From Opitutaceae bacterium (GTDB lineage Bacteria; Verrucomicrobiota; Verrucomicrobiia; Opitutales; Coraliomargaritaceae): a stretch of 64,000 nucleotides of DNA. Positions 1-10,863 of the stretch are shown here, piece after piece. The translations under genes and the position numbers were made by a program. Within the stretch, counting starts at the first letter, position 1. Each line of letters starts with the position of its first letter. The stretch spans positions 1 to 64,000 of the forward strand of contig JBPOFY010000011.1 of the NCBI GenBank assembly GCA_051252375.1, given 5' to 3'. The notes below the pieces were generated by a model. The model saw only the letters and a list, made by a program, of their open reading frames with translations, searched no databases and was not told the DNA's origin.

Positions 1-2985
1 AACACTGGAATTGTCGTCTCGATCCAAGACACAGGCACATCACCGATAAAGGTAGATACCGACGGAGACGGTTTTACCGATAAAGAAGAAATCGATGCTG
101 GAACCGATCCGATACGCGACACTTCGGCACCGAGCTTTCTACTTCGTTACTGGAAATTCGATGGAGACCTAGTCGATGAAATTGAAACGGACACAGGTAT
201 CCCCGTGGGCTCGCCGCAGTTCATTACTGACCGATACGGCAATAGCTCTAAGACACTTTCGGTCTCTGGCACAGACTACATCGAATGGTCCGATGGCAGT
301 GCATTGAATGCCCAAGACATCGGCACAATTTCTATGTGGGTCAAATGGATCGGCCTGCAGGATGGCGGGGCGGATGGAAGTTTTGGTGCTGTGATTGCAC
401 GCCAATGGGATAGCAACAGTTCTCAGCAAATCTTATCTCTGAATGGAGCGGATCCCGCAAGTGCAGTTATTATATGGAAACCTTACGGGGGAAACTCTGG
501 CGACATCAGATTGACAGGTTCGGCACCCGTCGGTGATGGCGTATGGAGTCATGTTGTAGTCACCTACAGGGACAGGAGACATAGCCTCTATATTGACGGC
601 GTGCTAGAGGATACGACCATTTTTGCAGAGGGTCTAGTGACTGATGAAGACAGTGGTTTAATGCCAATGACGATCGGTGCCTGGACAGGAGAAGGTGGTG
701 CTTACGCGACGGCTCATATCGATGACGTTCGACTTTACCGAGGAAACTTAACTGCCGAACGGGTGGACACGTTGCGACTCGATGCGGATGAGGATGGCAT
801 GCTGGATACATTTGAACTCGCTCATACTGGGGGAGCTTCATCTACATCACTTGAGCCAGATTCGGATTTGGATGGAGATGGTCTGCTAAATATCGAAGAA
901 TTCGAAAACGGCACAGATCCAAATGATGATGATTCTGATGACGATGGCTTTCTTGATGGTGAAGAAGTCGCCTTTGCTTCAGATCCCGGATCTCCAGCAT
1001 CCATACCTACCCGATCAATTGCTCGTGTCTGGAATGAACAGAATCTTGAAGCGATACGCTTATCTTTCCCGGATCCACCCGTGCATGCATGGAATCTGTT
1101 TCACGTCTCAGTCGCCATGTGGGATGCTTATAGTAGCTACGACGCTACTAGCATTGGCTACCTACACAGAGAGACTATCACAGCCAACGACCTAAATGTG
1201 GAACGACGGAAAGCGATCAGTTTTGCCGCATACAGGATCCTCAGTCATCGCTACAATCAGTTTCCTCACCCGCTCACCCCCATAGAGAGTGCCACCAATA
1301 GTCAGACCGCATTCGATACGGCCATGAGGCAACTAGGCTATGACTCAAATATAACCAGCACCAACGGCAACAGTCCGGAATCAGTAGGCAATCGAGTGGC
1401 TGCAACTATACTATCATGGAGCTCGACGGATGGCTCCAATGAAGCAGGCGGCTTTGAAGATCCGACTTATAATGCCGTCAACCCTCCACTCGATCTAAGA
1501 TTTACGGGAACCACTCTCTCAGACCCGAACCGCTGGCAACCCTTAGAGTTCGTCCTTCAACTGACACAGAATGGCCAAGTTCTAAAATCTGCAGTTCAAT
1601 CTTTCATCGGCGCTCACTGGGGCGACGTCATACCATTTGCCCTATCTCGAGAATCGGAAACTGATGTTTATCTAGATCCTGGAAGTCCCCCACTGTTGGG
1701 AGAACCCACTAGTGATGCTGAGTTTAAAACTGGAAACGTCGACGTCATTCGTTTCAGCAGCTATCTAGATCCGGACGCAAACGAAATGATCGACATATCG
1801 CCCGGAGCGATCGGTAACAATGCACTAGGCTTGAACGACGGAACAGGACACCCCATCAATCCAGCAACAGGACAGCCCTATGCCTCAAACATCGTGAACC
1901 GGGCAGATTTCGGCAGAGTTCTTGCAGAATATTGGGCGGATGGTCCGGATTCAGAAACTCCTCCAGGACATTGGAATGACATCGCAAATCAAGTCGTCGA
2001 TCATCCCGATTTTGAGAGAAAGTTCGAAGGAATTGGCGACGAGCTAGATCCGCTCGAATGGGATGTGAAAATGTATTTCCTGCTCAACGCAGCTGTCCAC
2101 GACTCCGCCATTGCCGCATGGGACTGCAAACGCGAGTATGACTACATCCGCCCTATTTCATCCATCCGCTATATGGGAGGACTGGGGCAAAGCACCGATA
2201 ATACCCGCTCCTCATATCACCCTGATGGGCTTCCGCTTGCCCCTGAACTGATTGAAGAAATCACAACCGAAAGCGCTGCACCCGGTCAACGCCATGAGAA
2301 CCTATCCGATTATGTAGGTGAAATTGCGATCTACGCTTGGGGCGGTGAACCTCTCGATCCCGAATCTCAATACACCGGTGCAGAATGGATCCTAGCCGTC
2401 GAATGGCTCCCCTACCAGCGTGACACCTTTGTCACTCCAGCTTTTGCAGGTTACGTTTCTGGGCACAGCACTTTTAGTCGTGCAGCCGCCGAAATACTTA
2501 CACATATGACAGGTAACATGTATTTCCCCGACGGAATGGGGGTTCATCTCGCAGCGATCGGCAGTTTGGATTTCGAAGCCGGTCCATCTACGCCAATCGA
2601 GCTTCAATGGGCGACCTACTATGATGCTGCCGACCAAGCAGGTATCTCCAGACTCTACGGCGGGATCCATGTGCCTGCTGATGACGGGCCGGGTCGTATC
2701 ATTGGATCCACGTGCGGACTCGATGCGTGGGGGTTAGGTATTCAATACTTCGACGGCAGCATTCTGGATGTGCCACCTCTCTTACGAATAAACTCTATCA
2801 CTTCGAGCCATCTAGAACTTGAGTGGGAGCAGGTTCGAGGAATGTATTACGAATTAAAAGAGAGTTCGAATCTATCCTCTTTCACGCCGGTCGAAGCACC
2901 TGAACGCGCCACATCCGATCAGAAAAAACAGACACTACCGTTGAATACGGATCGTCACTTCTACCAAGTAGAATCGACTCCTTAG
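1..2985 (+). CDS. Vanadium-dependent haloperoxidase-family protein with LamG domain and DxDxDG Ca-binding repeats (5'-partial)
   Basis: Frame 1 is open from base 1 (NTGIVV...DTDGDGFTD), so the true start lies upstream of the window. LamG motifs WSHVVVTY and IDDVRLY; DxDxDG repeats; VHPO/PAP2 motifs AWDCK..YDYIRP, PAFAGYVSGHS and SRLYGGIH. Confidence 0.85.
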   Translation, partial: NTGIVVSIQDTGTSPIKVDTDGDGFTDKEEIDAGTDPIRDTSAPSFLLRYWKFDGDLVDEIETDTGIPVGSPQFITDRYGNSSKTLSVSGTDYIEWSDGSALNAQDIGTISMWVKWIGLQDGGADGSFGAVIARQWDSNSSQQILSLNGADPASAVIIWKPYGGNSGDIRLTGSAPVGDGVWSHVVVTYRDRRHSLYIDGVLEDTTIFAEGLVTDEDSGLMPMTIGAWTGEGGAYATAHIDDVRLYRGNLTAERVDTLRLDADEDGMLDTFELAHTGGASSTSLEPDSDLDGDGLLNIEEFENGTDPNDDDSDDDGFLDGEEVAFASDPGSPASIPTRSIARVWNEQNLEAIRLSFPDPPVHAWNLFHVSVAMWDAYSSYDATSIGYLHRETITANDLNVERRKAISFAAYRILSHRYNQFPHPLTPIESATNSQTAFDTAMRQLGYDSNITSTNGNSPESVGNRVAATILSWSSTDGSNEAGGFEDPTYNAVNPPLDLRFTGTTLSDPNRWQPLEFVLQLTQNGQVLKSAVQSFIGAHWGDVIPFALSRESETDVYLDPGSPPLLGEPTSDAEFKTGNVDVIRFSSYLDPDANEMIDISPGAIGNNALGLNDGTGHPINPATGQPYASNIVNRADFGRVLAEYWADGPDSETPPGHWNDIANQVVDHPDFERKFEGIGDELDPLEWDVKMYFLLNAAVHDSAIAAWDCKREYDYIRPISSIRYMGGLGQSTDNTRSSYHPDGLPLAPELIEEITTESAAPGQRHENLSDYVGEIAIYAWGGEPLDPESQYTGAEWILAVEWLPYQRDTFVTPAFAGYVSGHSTFSRAAAEILTHMTGNMYFPDGMGVHLAAIGSLDFEAGPSTPIELQWATYYDAADQAGISRLYGGIHVPADDGPGRIIGSTCGLDAWGLGIQYFDGSILDVPPLLRINSITSSHLELEWEQVRGMYYELKESSNLSSFTPVEAPERATSDQKKQTLPLNTDRHFYQVESTP

Positions 2986-3060
2986 CATTACCTAAGTTTT
3001 TATTCATTAAACTCATTCTGCGTTGGACGTCTGGATGTCGATACCCATCTTAATAACTTG

Positions 3061-4251
3061 ATGCACATCCTCACCGCTTTCGATAAGTTTAAAGATTCCA
3101 TGACAGCCGCAGCGGCCTGCCAAGCAGCCGCTGCCGGAGTGCGCACCGTGTTTGGCGATCAAATCACGATCACCGAAGCGCCGCTCACCGATGGCGGTGA
3201 AGGCTTCTGCACGATACTGACAAACTCAGCCGCGGGACACATCGAATACCACAAGGTTGCAGGACCGCTAGGCGAAGAAATCGACGCACCCATCGGTTGG
3301 GTGGATGCTCGTCATTTATCTGCGCGCACCAATCAATTACTCCCCTTCAGCGGCAAACGCCTAGCCGTGATTGAAATGGCTGCCGCAGCCGGACTAGAGA
3401 TGGTGCCAAATGAAAAACGCCACCCGCGAAATTGCACCACGAAGGGAGTCGGCGAGTTAATACGCATCGCGATCGCGTTGGAAGCAGACGCCATTCTACT
3501 CGGCATCGGTGGCAGTGCGACCAGCGACCTCGGACTCGGTGCACTCGAGGCGCTCGGCATCCATACCGTCTCCCGCAATGGACAAACCATCTCCACTATC
3601 ACGCCGGATCAATGGCCATTCATCGACCAGATGACAGGCAGTATCGACGTCACACCCCCGCCGATCTTTATCGCTTGTGATGTCGACAACCCACTCCTCG
3701 GAGACCGTGGAGCCGCCGCCGTCTATGGGCCACAGAAAGGCTTACTCCCCGAAGAAATCGAAGCTTTCGATACCGAATCAAAACGCATCGCCGAGTTGCT
3801 CTGCCAACATTGCGAACAATCCACCAGCCTCATGCAAGTCCCCGGTAGTGGCGCGGCCGGGGGAATCGGGTTCGGGCTGCAAGTGACATGCGGCGCACAA
3901 TACATTGCCGGCTTTGAGCTCGTGACGGAATGGTTGGATCTAGCCTCCAAAGTCACCGAAGCCGACCTCATCCTCACAGGTGAAGGCAAGTTCGATGAAA
4001 GTTCGCTGGCAGGCAAAGGACCTTTTGCTCTTTTAGAACTAGCCCATGCCTGCGGCAAACAAAGCATTGTCTTCGCCGGTGCGGTCGATTCGATTGCCGT
4101 GCAGAAAGTAGCTGAAATGTTTCCTCAATCTGCCACCTACTCCATAACCCCGCCCGCTTGCCCCTTGCCAGAAGCCCTAGCAAATGGTGCGAGAAATTTA
4201 GATGTCAAAGTCTCGGAAGTGATGTATAGTCAAATCACCCATGACGGCTGA
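3061..4251 (+). CDS. Glycerate kinase (GlxK/GarK family)
   Basis: Motifs [42 protein letters not shown]. Confidence 0.9.
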   Translation: MHILTAFDKFKDSMTAAAACQAAAAGVRTVFGDQITITEAPLTDGGEGFCTILTNSAAGHIEYHKVAGPLGEEIDAPIGWVDARHLSARTNQLLPFSGKRLAVIEMAAAAGLEMVPNEKRHPRNCTTKGVGELIRIAIALEADAILLGIGGSATSDLGLGALEALGIHTVSRNGQTISTITPDQWPFIDQMTGSIDVTPPPIFIACDVDNPLLGDRGAAAVYGPQKGLLPEEIEAFDTESKRIAELLCQHCEQSTSLMQVPGSGAAGGIGFGLQVTCGAQYIAGFELVTEWLDLASKVTEADLILTGEGKFDESSLAGKGPFALLELAHACGKQSIVFAGAVDSIAVQKVAEMFPQSATYSITPPACPLPEALANGARNLDVKVSEVMYSQITHDG

Positions 4252-4906
4252 AGAATCAGAACTGAACGAGTCAAAGTTTCGCAGAATCCGCCGCGTCAAG
4301 TGGTGGCTGCGGCTGTTGCCCCGTCGCACCAATATCCATCGCTATCCAGTGCTGCGCTTATTTGCAGATGCCGCGCGCAAACGTATTTACCTGTGGAGTT
4401 TTCGAGTCGAAAATGCCGTGCCCGCAATTTACGCAGGTTGTATCATTACACTCTTGCCGATTTATGGCATCCAAGTGCCACTCGCTTTTTTATTCGCGAT
4501 TCTTCTTCGAGCAAATCTGCCGATATTGGCCGGACTTCAAATCGTCTCCAACCCGATCACTGTAATTCCGATCTGGTTTGCTGCGTATCAAATCGGGCGC
4601 CACTTCCTCAGCGTGCTGGGGGTCGAAGTCATGCGCTTAGGGCGCGACGAAGTTCAGTTGATGCTCGATAACTTTACTCATGGCCTATGGGGCGACAACC
4701 TCCACACTGTGGCAATCGTGTTCGGGGTAACCAGTCTTGGCGCGATTATCATGGGCATCTTTTTCGGTCTCATCGCCAGCTTCATCTACCGCATTGTCGC
4801 CATCCGCACTGCAGCCAGCTATAAGTTGATACTGGATAAAATCCACGAACACAAAATTCGAAAAGCAAATAGCAAACAGCCCTATCCATCAGATCCTAAT
4901 GCATAA
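4241..4906 (+). CDS. DUF2062-family membrane protein
   Basis: Motifs PIYGIQ, RANLP, SNPIT; several hydrophobic segments; overlaps both neighbours. Confidence 0.75.
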   Translation: MTAEESELNESKFRRIRRVKWWLRLLPRRTNIHRYPVLRLFADAARKRIYLWSFRVENAVPAIYAGCIITLLPIYGIQVPLAFLFAILLRANLPILAGLQIVSNPITVIPIWFAAYQIGRHFLSVLGVEVMRLGRDEVQLMLDNFTHGLWGDNLHTVAIVFGVTSLGAIIMGIFFGLIASFIYRIVAIRTAASYKLILDKIHEHKIRKANSKQPYPSDPNA

Positions 4907-6143
4907 AGTCATACGCGTTTTCTTATTCAGCATACTCAGTCTCCTTGGAGTGGCGCAAGCCGAGCGCATCTATCTTGGCATCGATGTCTTAGAACAAAGC
5001 GGCTTTCGGGCGATCGACGGAAAACGCGTGGGCTTGCTCACACACCCAGCAGGCGTCAACCGCAATGGGGAAAGCTCCATCGACGTGCTGCGCCGCGCCA
5101 ACAATGTGCGACTCGTCGCACTGTTTGGTCCCGAGCATGGCATCTACGGCAACGAAAAAGCCAACGTGCCAGTTGATGATAAAATCGACCCGAGCACAGG
5201 TCTGCCCGTCTATTCACTCTACGGAAAATACCGCAAACCAGCCCCGAAGATGCTCGAAGGGCTCGATGCGCTCGTCATCGATTTACAAGACGTGGGCGTG
5301 CGCTCCTACACGTATGTCAGCTGCATGCGCTATGCGATGGAAGCCTGCTTTGAAAATGGCGTCGAAGTCGTCGTGCTCGACCGCCCCAATCCACTCGGGG
5401 GATTGAAAGTCGACGGCCCGCCACTCGATCGCGAATGGCGTAGCTACGTCGGCGCATTTCACGTGCCTTATGTTCACGGTCTGACCATCGCCGAGTTGGC
5501 GCGCATAGCAAAGCACACTCCCGGCTGGATGGAGACCCCGGAAACGTCCCGCAAAAACGGTAAACTCACCATCGTGCCCATGCGCGGTTGGTCACGCGGA
5601 ATGCTATGGACTCAGACCGGGCTTCGTTGGGTGCCGACCTCACCTTACATCCCAGACCTCTCCGCAGTGCTCGGCTACGCCATGACCGGACTAGGTGCTC
5701 AAGAAGGTGGCTTTAGCCACGGCATCGGCACACCTTATCCATTCCGACTTCTACGCTATAAAGGGAAAAGTGCCGCCGACGTGCAGCGTGCACTGATTGC
5801 CAAAAACATACCCGGGCTCAGCTACCGTATCGTCAAAACACAGACAGCAGCTGGCGCGCCCATCGAAGGCGTCTATGTCAGTGTTCGCGATTGGCAAAAA
5901 GCGCGCCCGACAGAAATCAGTTTTCACATGATGCAAATCACCGCAGCGTGGGAGTCAGGCAATCCATTTCAAAGCGTGAAAAACCCTGCCTTATTCAACA
6001 AGCACGTGGGCAGTAGCGCTTGGTGGGATGAAATCAACCAGCGAGGCGATCAGGCTAGAGTCACGGTATTCGTGCAGCAATGGAGCCAGCAGGCAGCGAA
6101 CTTTCAACGCCAAGCGAAGCGTTTCTGGATCTATCAACCTTGA
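4899..6143 (+). CDS. Exo-beta-N-acetylmuramidase NamZ family (DUF1343)
   Basis: Signal peptide; motifs [34 protein letters not shown]. Confidence 0.88.
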   Translation: MHKVIRVFLFSILSLLGVAQAERIYLGIDVLEQSGFRAIDGKRVGLLTHPAGVNRNGESSIDVLRRANNVRLVALFGPEHGIYGNEKANVPVDDKIDPSTGLPVYSLYGKYRKPAPKMLEGLDALVIDLQDVGVRSYTYVSCMRYAMEACFENGVEVVVLDRPNPLGGLKVDGPPLDREWRSYVGAFHVPYVHGLTIAELARIAKHTPGWMETPETSRKNGKLTIVPMRGWSRGMLWTQTGLRWVPTSPYIPDLSAVLGYAMTGLGAQEGGFSHGIGTPYPFRLLRYKGKSAADVQRALIAKNIPGLSYRIVKTQTAAGAPIEGVYVSVRDWQKARPTEISFHMMQITAAWESGNPFQSVKNPALFNKHVGSSAWWDEINQRGDQARVTVFVQQWSQQAANFQRQAKRFWIYQP

Positions 6144-8470
6144 TTGATTGTGTGCTCTTGAAAGCGTAGCAACGCAACCCTCAGAGCTTCACCGGACACC
6201 GGCTTGGTAATGAAGTCCTGCATCCCGGCTTGCGCGCAGGCATTGCGACTTTCGCTCAATGCATTTGCAGTCAGCGCGGCAATATAAGGCTGTTTCGCCA
6301 AGCCGAGTTGGTGGATCTGAATGGTTGCTTCGATTCCGTCCATCACGGGCATCTGCAGATCCATAAATACGAGATCATACTGCTTCAGCTTGACCGCATC
6401 CACCGCTTCGAGGCCATTCTTCGCCCAGTCCACCGAAAGACCGAAACGACCCAGTATCTTACTAGCCAAAGTATAATTGGCGACGTCGTCTTCAACCAAC
6501 AAAACCTGAGGCAACGCCTCAAACTTCAACTCCTGCTTATCGTAGCTGCGATTACCATCGGACTCATTTACACTGCCCTCTAGGCTGCGAATATAGAAAG
6601 TAAATTTGCTGCCTAATCCCTCAGTGCTTTCCACGCTAATTTCACCGCCCAACAGTTCAACCAATCGGGAGCTAATCGCCAGCCCCAACCCGGTGCCCCC
6701 ATACTTTCGAGTTGTCGAGGAGTCGGCCTGAGTGAAAGCCAAAAACACATCACCTAATTTATTATCAGGGATGCCAATACCAGTATCCGAAATCGAAATA
6801 TAATAACGCATTCCGCCGCGCTCATCATGATCCTCTCCCCACACCTTGATCCTAATTTCACCGTGCGACGTAAACTTCACCGCATTACTCACAAGATTGT
6901 TCAAGACCTGCTGTAACCGTGTGCGATCAGTCATCACCGGCTCAACGACTTGATCGTCCAAATCAACGACCAACTCAATGCCGCTGCGCTCCGCATTCAA
7001 CCGGAAAAGGCTACTCACTTCGTGTATCGCCTCATCCAAAGGAACTGCAACCACGTCCATAAACACTTTTCCTGCTTCAATTTTTGACAGGTCTAATATC
7101 TCATTAATAAGATCCAATAATATCGCCCCGGAGGTCCGTATTGTCTTCAAATCAGTCCGCTGATCATCATCGAGAGGCGTATCTTCCAGCATTTCACTAA
7201 ACCCGATAATTGAATTCAGTGGCGTGCGAATTTCATGACTCATCGTCGCAAGGAAAGCGCTCTTCGCTAAATTCGCTTCCTGTGCCGCCTCCGCCAACTG
7301 CTTCGACCGCACCGTTGCAAGCTGTAACTCCTTCGTGCGCTGCCGCACCTTCTCTTCAACCTCACTATAACTCGACTGCAGCTTTTCGGTCATATCATTG
7401 AACGCGCGCGCCAGATCATCCAGCTCACTGCGCCCCCCCGCAGGAATACGTAGATTAAAATTACCACCCGCGACTTCCCTAAAATTATTCGCGAGTTGAG
7501 TCAATGGACGGCTGATGCTCAATGAAAACCAAACTGTCAAAAAGATAGAACCGATCAAAATGATGAGCGCCGACAACCAGTAAATCAGGCTCAAATTCGC
7601 AGTCAACCGGTCACCCTTAACTATCGCGCGTTCCATTAGGCGATCTACCATCTCGCGCAAACGCACTCCATGCGATTCCAACAATAGAGCCGCCTCTACT
7701 TCCGCTCTCCCAGCAACAGTAAACTCAATTGCAACGCTTCGTAGACCGACCAAAACCACTTCAAGAGTTTGAAGATACCCATCCATTCCCTCGACCTCCA
7801 CTAACGGCCCCCACAACTTTAGCTCGGCTAAACTTTCTTCATAGGCTTCACGAGCGACGTTAAAATTCTGACTAAAACGATCCAAGTCATTATTTAGAAT
7901 TAGATCACGATCAATCGAACTAACCGCACGATTCATCCAACCCCACAACTTCGAATGCTCGAGGAGAAACATCTCAGTCGCGTCCAAGAGTCCCGCCTCA
8001 ACATAATCATCATGATGCATCGCCTCATGCAATTCCTCTAACTTGCCCTGCATCTGCTGGTGCATCACACTAAAGCGTAGAATTTTTTCGCGCACATCTA
8101 TATCCAATTGCGCCAGAAATTCGGTGCTTTTCACTAGCTGTTGGAAAACTTCCGAGAATTCATTCAACCGCTCCATCATTCCACGAATGAAAATGATTTC
8201 GAGCTGATCAGCTCCATCCACGAGCTCCATCATAATATCCCGACTAGAAGCCATAGAATCCTCAACATAGTCGGCACCAGTCATACGATCTTGAAAGACG
8301 CGACTGCCGATCACGACATTAGAAGCATCACGAGACAGCTCATTGATCCGCATTACATATCGCCCCTGCTTCTGGATCTCCAGCATGGTATAGCGACTAA
8401 AACTCAAAAACAATGCGAAGATCAGTAATGCAGTGCACAGTGTAATAGCTATTTTTGTTGATATCCGCAT
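6134..8470 (-). CDS. Hybrid sensor histidine kinase/response regulator (2 TM, HAMP, HisKA, HATPase, REC)
   Basis: H-box [34 protein letters not shown]; receiver [10 protein letters not shown]. Confidence 0.92.
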   Translation of the reverse strand: MRISTKIAITLCTALLIFALFLSFSRYTMLEIQKQGRYVMRINELSRDASNVVIGSRVFQDRMTGADYVEDSMASSRDIMMELVDGADQLEIIFIRGMMERLNEFSEVFQQLVKSTEFLAQLDIDVREKILRFSVMHQQMQGKLEELHEAMHHDDYVEAGLLDATEMFLLEHSKLWGWMNRAVSSIDRDLILNNDLDRFSQNFNVAREAYEESLAELKLWGPLVEVEGMDGYLQTLEVVLVGLRSVAIEFTVAGRAEVEAALLLESHGVRLREMVDRLMERAIVKGDRLTANLSLIYWLSALIILIGSIFLTVWFSLSISRPLTQLANNFREVAGGNFNLRIPAGGRSELDDLARAFNDMTEKLQSSYSEVEEKVRQRTKELQLATVRSKQLAEAAQEANLAKSAFLATMSHEIRTPLNSIIGFSEMLEDTPLDDDQRTDLKTIRTSGAILLDLINEILDLSKIEAGKVFMDVVAVPLDEAIHEVSSLFRLNAERSGIELVVDLDDQVVEPVMTDRTRLQQVLNNLVSNAVKFTSHGEIRIKVWGEDHDERGGMRYYISISDTGIGIPDNKLGDVFLAFTQADSSTTRKYGGTGLGLAISSRLVELLGGEISVESTEGLGSKFTFYIRSLEGSVNESDGNRSYDKQELKFEALPQVLLVEDDVANYTLASKILGRFGLSVDWAKNGLEAVDAVKLKQYDLVFMDLQMPVMDGIEATIQIHQLGLAKQPYIAALTANALSESRNACAQAGMQDFITKPVSGEALRVALLRFQEHTINQG

Positions 8471-8541
8471 GCTAATTCAAAACTTCTGCAAACCAATAGG
8501 AGCAACAAATCGACCACAGTATATCTCGTCGCGTAAATCTG

Positions 8542-10863
8542 TCATTCCTGAAGATAAATGAGTATCCTATCGTGAATTAAAAACGCAAAATCAAAATTAC
8601 CGTCGCCATTCAAATCCTCGATTAATATCTGGCGCGGTTCCAACTTCCCTCCGGTGCGACCTTGATAGTGCATATTCTGCTCAAAGATCTCCCAATATAA
8701 CTTCCCGCTCCATTCATCGTCATCACGCGTCAGCACCTCGACGATGTGGTTTTGCCCATCAACCGCGATCAAATCCAACGCACCGTCTTGATTGAAGTCA
8801 GCGCTTCGGACGTGCGTGAAATACACATCCTCAAGCTCAGTCTCGAAAGTCTCGAGCACCGACTTAGACCAACGCTCTGCATCTGTCGGCAGCAACCAAA
8901 ACTGAGATTCCCCGGAGAAAATAATATCGCCCCCTGACATCGGTTCGCCGACCTCAGACCATGCCAGCAAATCAATCGTGCCAACGTTTTCAGTGCGCTC
9001 ATAGCGATACACACCATCGACATCTTGCTTTAAATACTGCAACTCGCCGGACTCGCGAACATAGAACATGATTCGATCCACCGCCCCTTCACGAACTAAG
9101 GGAACAACGGCAGAAACCGTATCTTCGCCACGACGCGCATTGAACTGATCCACCATCTCAAGGTCGTCCCCGACTGCACGAATTGCGCGAGCAAAACCTT
9201 TGCGCCCCACAATCAACTCATTGCCACCATCTGAGTTCACGTCAAAGACACTCACCTGCACAGGTTGCACGTCTTTCAACAGATTCTGCCGAATGGTCGA
9301 GGCACTGCCAAATTCGATCAACTCCATCGATCCGGCCTCGCTAGTGGCATACAACAAAGGCGCCTCACGCGGCACAAAAACCATAATCCCTTGACGCTCA
9401 TCACCGAAAATATCGACTCGCTTAATTGCAGAGGGCTTACGTTTCACGCCAGCCAATTTGAGTTCAGTCACTACCGTCCACTCTGAATCGGCAAGCTCAC
9501 GATTCGACGGGCGTGTAATTATCAATTCATACTTCCCTGATTTCTCATGGATCAACAATAACTCATCCAGTGCATCTCCGTCTAAATCCAGCGCTTCACA
9601 AACGACCGGATCTCCTAGATCAAAAGGCATTGCCTGGGGAAACAGCAACCGTCCGCCTTCGCCCATTTGACTGATGCCGATGCTTTTTTCGTCGGCGCTG
9701 ATCATTACGATCTCTTCGCCGTCGCCTTTATAAAACTGACCGCTGGCCATTGAAGAAACTGCCGAAAATGACGGGAAGTGCTTGGGTGCATGGAAGCCCG
9801 CACCCTCTTTCAAAAACAAAACGACTTCCGCTTCAGATGGGTTCGCCACTGCCAAATCTTTTTGACCGTCACCATCGATGTCTCCCATCACATAGCTCGC
9901 GGACAGGCGATTCTTCTTAAATATCGGATATATTTCCGGCTGCGCGTCTACCACGTTCCCCGAGACAACGCCTTCTTCTTCGCGCTCTATATTGAAAAAC
10001 TCCAGACTCCCAGTCCGAGAGTCGACTGAACAAAACTGCAACGGCTGCCCTTTCAATCGTGGCATCACGCGCACCACTCGAACAGGTCGGTCGAATACAA
10101 ATCGACGCTCAGGACCAAAGCCACCCTCAGCTAATTGCTCGCGATATGCCAGCGACTGCTTACCCGACGAAGTGATATACAACACGTCGAGCAATGCATC
10201 ACCATTCACATCTTCCAATAGCAGGTTATAGGGATTTTCGCCGGTTAAATAATACAACTTAGGCTCCAGCAAATGTCCCTTGTCATCATGCGAATATACC
10301 CGAAAGCCGTCGGCTGCCATCACCAGTAACTCATCTCGCCCATCATCATTCAAATCTTCGATGACGACTGTGCTCGTCCAGCCCAATGCTTCGAGATCAT
10401 CAAACTCAACAAGCTCAGTCCACTGCCCTGACTCTGACTGATAGCGAATCGTCAATGGCACCTCTCGGGACGTGTAGGCCATATCCACCAAGCCATCGCC
10501 ATTGAGATCTCCCACCGACAAATCAGAAACCGGAAAACCCACAGATACACCTTCACGATCATATCGTGCATCTTCCAATACAGGCTCCCAACGATTACGA
10601 CTGACACGCTTCTTCGCATCGCCCTCAAGCGCATCTGCGGGACGTTGATAGAGTAATTCGATTTGCGCTGTATCCTGATTAATCAAAACAAGATCTATCA
10701 ATCCGTCGCGATTCACGTCACACGCGTTGAGCGAGCGAGTCGTCCAATCCAACTTGACGATTTCCGGACCACCGAAAGAAAACTCAGTCGCACCGAGGCA
10801 CGCCACACAACCGCTCAACATGAGCGCACCGGACAAGACATTTAACTTAGACAAATTAATCAT
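8542..10863 (-). CDS. Exported FG-GAP/VCBS repeat protein
   Basis: Signal-like N-terminus; many D(L/V)NGDGxxD repeats. Confidence 0.82.
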   Translation of the reverse strand: MINLSKLNVLSGALMLSGCVACLGATEFSFGGPEIVKLDWTTRSLNACDVNRDGLIDLVLINQDTAQIELLYQRPADALEGDAKKRVSRNRWEPVLEDARYDREGVSVGFPVSDLSVGDLNGDGLVDMAYTSREVPLTIRYQSESGQWTELVEFDDLEALGWTSTVVIEDLNDDGRDELLVMAADGFRVYSHDDKGHLLEPKLYYLTGENPYNLLLEDVNGDALLDVLYITSSGKQSLAYREQLAEGGFGPERRFVFDRPVRVVRVMPRLKGQPLQFCSVDSRTGSLEFFNIEREEEGVVSGNVVDAQPEIYPIFKKNRLSASYVMGDIDGDGQKDLAVANPSEAEVVLFLKEGAGFHAPKHFPSFSAVSSMASGQFYKGDGEEIVMISADEKSIGISQMGEGGRLLFPQAMPFDLGDPVVCEALDLDGDALDELLLIHEKSGKYELIITRPSNRELADSEWTVVTELKLAGVKRKPSAIKRVDIFGDERQGIMVFVPREAPLLYATSEAGSMELIEFGSASTIRQNLLKDVQPVQVSVFDVNSDGGNELIVGRKGFARAIRAVGDDLEMVDQFNARRGEDTVSAVVPLVREGAVDRIMFYVRESGELQYLKQDVDGVYRYERTENVGTIDLLAWSEVGEPMSGGDIIFSGESQFWLLPTDAERWSKSVLETFETELEDVYFTHVRSADFNQDGALDLIAVDGQNHIVEVLTRDDDEWSGKLYWEIFEQNMHYQGRTGGKLEPRQILIEDLNGDGNFDFAFLIHDRILIYLQE

